Assembly: GCF_036321535.1 (NCBI RefSeq)
Contig: NC_087442.1
Coordinates: forward strand, 75,950,001 to 76,014,000
Reading direction: 5' to 3'
Length of the DNA stretch: 64,000 nucleotides
From: Camelus dromedarius
Lineage: Eukaryota
The notes beneath the pieces are model-generated. The model was not told where the DNA came from. It was given only the letters and a program-made list of their open reading frames with translations, and did no database searches. Below are positions 61,665-64,000 of the stretch, in pieces (position 1 is the stretch's first letter; each line of letters starts with the position of its first letter). The translations under genes and the position numbers were made by a program.

Positions 61665-61681
61665 GAGACCTCTAGTGGCCA
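61665..61681 (-). promoter_or_regulatory. CTCF-like motif
   Basis: Minus strand tggccactagaggtctc: 12/14 core plus the canonical upstream TGG. Confidence 0.35.
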
Positions 61682-62312
61682 TACTGGTAACTACAGGAGC
61701 CTGAGTCAGGAGGGGAGGAGACAGACACTGTGGGTGGCGGGGAACCACAGCCCACCCAGCACGTGCTCCGTGGTCTGTGGAGGTCTCAGCCTTACACACC
61801 TTCTAGATGGAGGAAAGGGAGCATCAGAGACCTGAGACCCCTGAGGTGTCAGCCTGGAGGCCTTGTGGCCTGTTGCCATGGGAACATGTGCAGCTAGCTG
61901 TTAGCCATGGTGATGAAGACTGCCTTCTTGGGTGCTTCTCATTATTCCAGCCTAGTTCTGGGATCGACTGTATCCTTCATGTCTTGCCACTGGACAGACG
62001 TATGATCCCACTGTTACCTAAAACCAAACTGAGCTCCCGAGAGTCTGAAGAGCCAGCCTCCAGAGGCCTGGTCTGGTTATCTGACAGACACATGGACCAG
62101 CCCACATTTGCCCCCTGGGGCCCTGTGTTGACTGGCCTGGCGTGGGGGCTAGAGGGCCTTGCCCTGCATCCCCAGACATTCACCTCCCAGAGGGACAGGA
62201 CAGCATCCCCCCCACCACTGCCCGCCACATTCTGATCCTCTGGGCTTCCTGAGAACAGTAAGTAGGCTACACCTGACTGACACGAGACTAAATTGTTATA
62301 ATTGTTCTAACC

Positions 62313-62620
62313 CAGTGGTTCTCCACATGTGGTCCCCAAACTAGCATCAGTATCACTCAGGAACTTGTTAGAAACTTTGCAGGCTGTTTTACCGGCTTCT
62401 GGGTGACTGTGAGGCTTGCTCAAGTTTGACCACCTCTGCTCCAAGCGCTGATTTACTGAATATGTGATGACAAACTCTGCTCACTGAAATGTGCATGCTG
62501 ACCCCTCACCCACAGAGATTCAGTAGTTCTGCAGTGGGGTTGCAGAAATCTAGTTCTTAAACCATCATTCCATGTAATTCTGATGCGGGTGAGCCACGGA
62601 CCGCTGTTTTCAGGAAGTCT
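62313..62620. mobile_element. Adjacent MER5A (internally deleted, 62313-62438) and MER5B-like MITEs
   Basis: cagtggttctccacatgtggtcccc...caagtttgaccacctctg; then cccacagagattcagtagttctgcagtgggg...aattctgatgcgggtg. Confidence 0.75.
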
Positions 62621-62982
62621 GTTCTAAGAAGAGCAGGGTCATCTTCACTAGCACGGTTTAGCTTCCTCTCTTGAATGAGAGATAAATGTTGTTCTCATAT
62701 CTTACTGGTCACGGAAGAGACCTCAGTAAACGTATCAGATACTCCAGGACTTTGGCAGGGGTCATATTGTTCCCTCAGCAAATGAGGTTTTGCTACTGCT
62801 GTGAGGAAGATCTCAGTGGGGTCTGTATCATAATTCAAATGTGAAATCTTCCCCTGGAAAGAGATACTAATCACTGAGGGGACAGAAAGAACAGGAGGGC
62901 CTGCGGCTTCTTGTGAGTCTGGATCTCTGGGGGGTACACTGGGCTCTTCCAGGGAGCAATGTGTCATCTCTAGGCTGTGAGT

Positions 62983-62996
62983 CCGCCAGGTGGCAA
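62983..62996 (+). promoter_or_regulatory. CTCF-like motif
   Basis: ccgccaggtggcaa, 12/14 to the core. Confidence 0.4.
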
Positions 62997-63460
62997 GGTG
63001 CCCTTCTCCCTTCTCGAACAATTCGAGACTTTGTGGTGCTTTCTCCACAAGACCTCAGACAGTGGTTTATTGTAAGACTGCTAGGAAGAAAAGGCTTTCA
63101 AGACTTGAGGTTGTGAGTACACCTGACTCACACAGCCCCAACTTTGATCACCCTGGAAAAACAGTTCATTTGTGTAGAGATTCTTGGGAATGAGAAGTCC
63201 CAGCTCTTCCCAACACAGCTCTGGTCCTGCTGGGAGCTCCAGGGGGGATTTGCCATCGCTCTTCTTCTGTCCCATTTAACCAACACCCCAGTTCCCTCCG
63301 GAGCCCCCGCCCCGTCACACGGCGATAATCCATCGGGCTGTGCTCTGGGAAGACTCATAAGCAGAGTCACATTTTCAGAGAGCAAGAGACGTGGTGCTGA
63401 CGCTCCTCCTCCCCCCTGGGATCCTCAGTCTTGTCTCGGCGCCTGTGTGCATAGTATTAT

Positions 63461-63474
63461 CCACTAGGGGGCAG
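63461..63474 (+). promoter_or_regulatory. CTCF core motif
   Basis: ccactagggggcag is a 14/14 match to CCASYAGRKGGCRS. Binding is not shown. Confidence 0.6.
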
Positions 63475-63529
63475 CAGCTTTACCAGATCAAGCCTCTAGT
63501 CTCTGGAATCCCGTGGGTAGAGCTGGCAA

Positions 63530-63690
63530 AGAGCTGGCTCCCTTCCTTCCTTCTCCCTCTCTTCCCTCCCTCCCTCCCTTCATTGCCACCCTCCTTCCAT
63601 CTCTTCCCCTTACACACCTTCCCACGTCCCTTCCTTACATTTTCTCTGCTTCTGTGGCTTTCTCCAGCTTTTCCCCCTGTCTCCTTTCTT
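63530..63690. repeat. C/T-rich low-complexity tract
   Basis: ccttccttccttctccctctcttccctccctccctccc...; mostly pyrimidine on +. Confidence 0.8.
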
Positions 63691-64000
63691 CTTGGGCGTC
63701 CCACAATCCTAGAAAGCAGCACCCTCAGCCCCACCCCTGGAGCTGAAAGAGCCTCACCAGCATGGACTGCTGAAGCCACACCGCACCTGGCCAGGCAGAG
63801 AATGTCACCTTAACTCACTGTGAAGCATAATTTAAAAATCTCCCATCTCCCGTCGCTCAGACAGACTGAGGCAGAAGGGCAGCAAGGAGGGGAAAAGCAG
63901 CAAAGGAAACTCTAAAAAGAAGCCACAAGCATGTTGAATTTAGAACTGTGTCGGGAAGCAGTGCTGTCCACATTGCCCCCAGCACCGGTGGTCGGGTCAA

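Noticed and set aside
63955-63995. REST/NRSF half-sites
   Set aside because: The halves are in the wrong order and orientation for a canonical RE1 site.
1-64000. CRISPR arrays, operons, phage or other prokaryotic systems
   Set aside because: No spaced direct-repeat array and no gene-dense coding; the repeat content is unambiguously mammalian.

Overview
Mammalian non-coding DNA, very probably from a camelid (alpaca, llama or camel). The species call rests on three tRNA-Ala-derived Vic-1-type SINEs. I recognise no protein-coding exon, processed pseudogene, true tRNA, rRNA, snRNA or known miRNA, and there is no CRISPR array or other prokaryotic element. Most listed ORFs fall in repeats, span N gaps or look like chance ORFs. 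About a third of the window (rough hand tally) is interspersed repeat: old MIR, L2, MaLR/ERVL LTRs and hAT MITEs, plus L1 insertions of several ages, many with readable target-site duplications (TSDs). Eight N gaps total about 1.45 kb; seven lie inside L1 copies. The unique sequence holds several CpG-retaining, motif-dense patches that may be enhancers or promoters, a divergent CTCF-like motif cluster near the right end, and splice-signal chains that could belong to an unannotated lncRNA. The best structural oddities are an L1 whose 5' UTR is joined directly to its 3' end inside one degenerate TSD pair, a candidate short L1 3' transduction and a 76-bp L1 insertion. I found no convincing novel biological system. 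Repeat subfamily names come from recalled consensus sequences, not a database search, and boundaries of old repeats are approximate.
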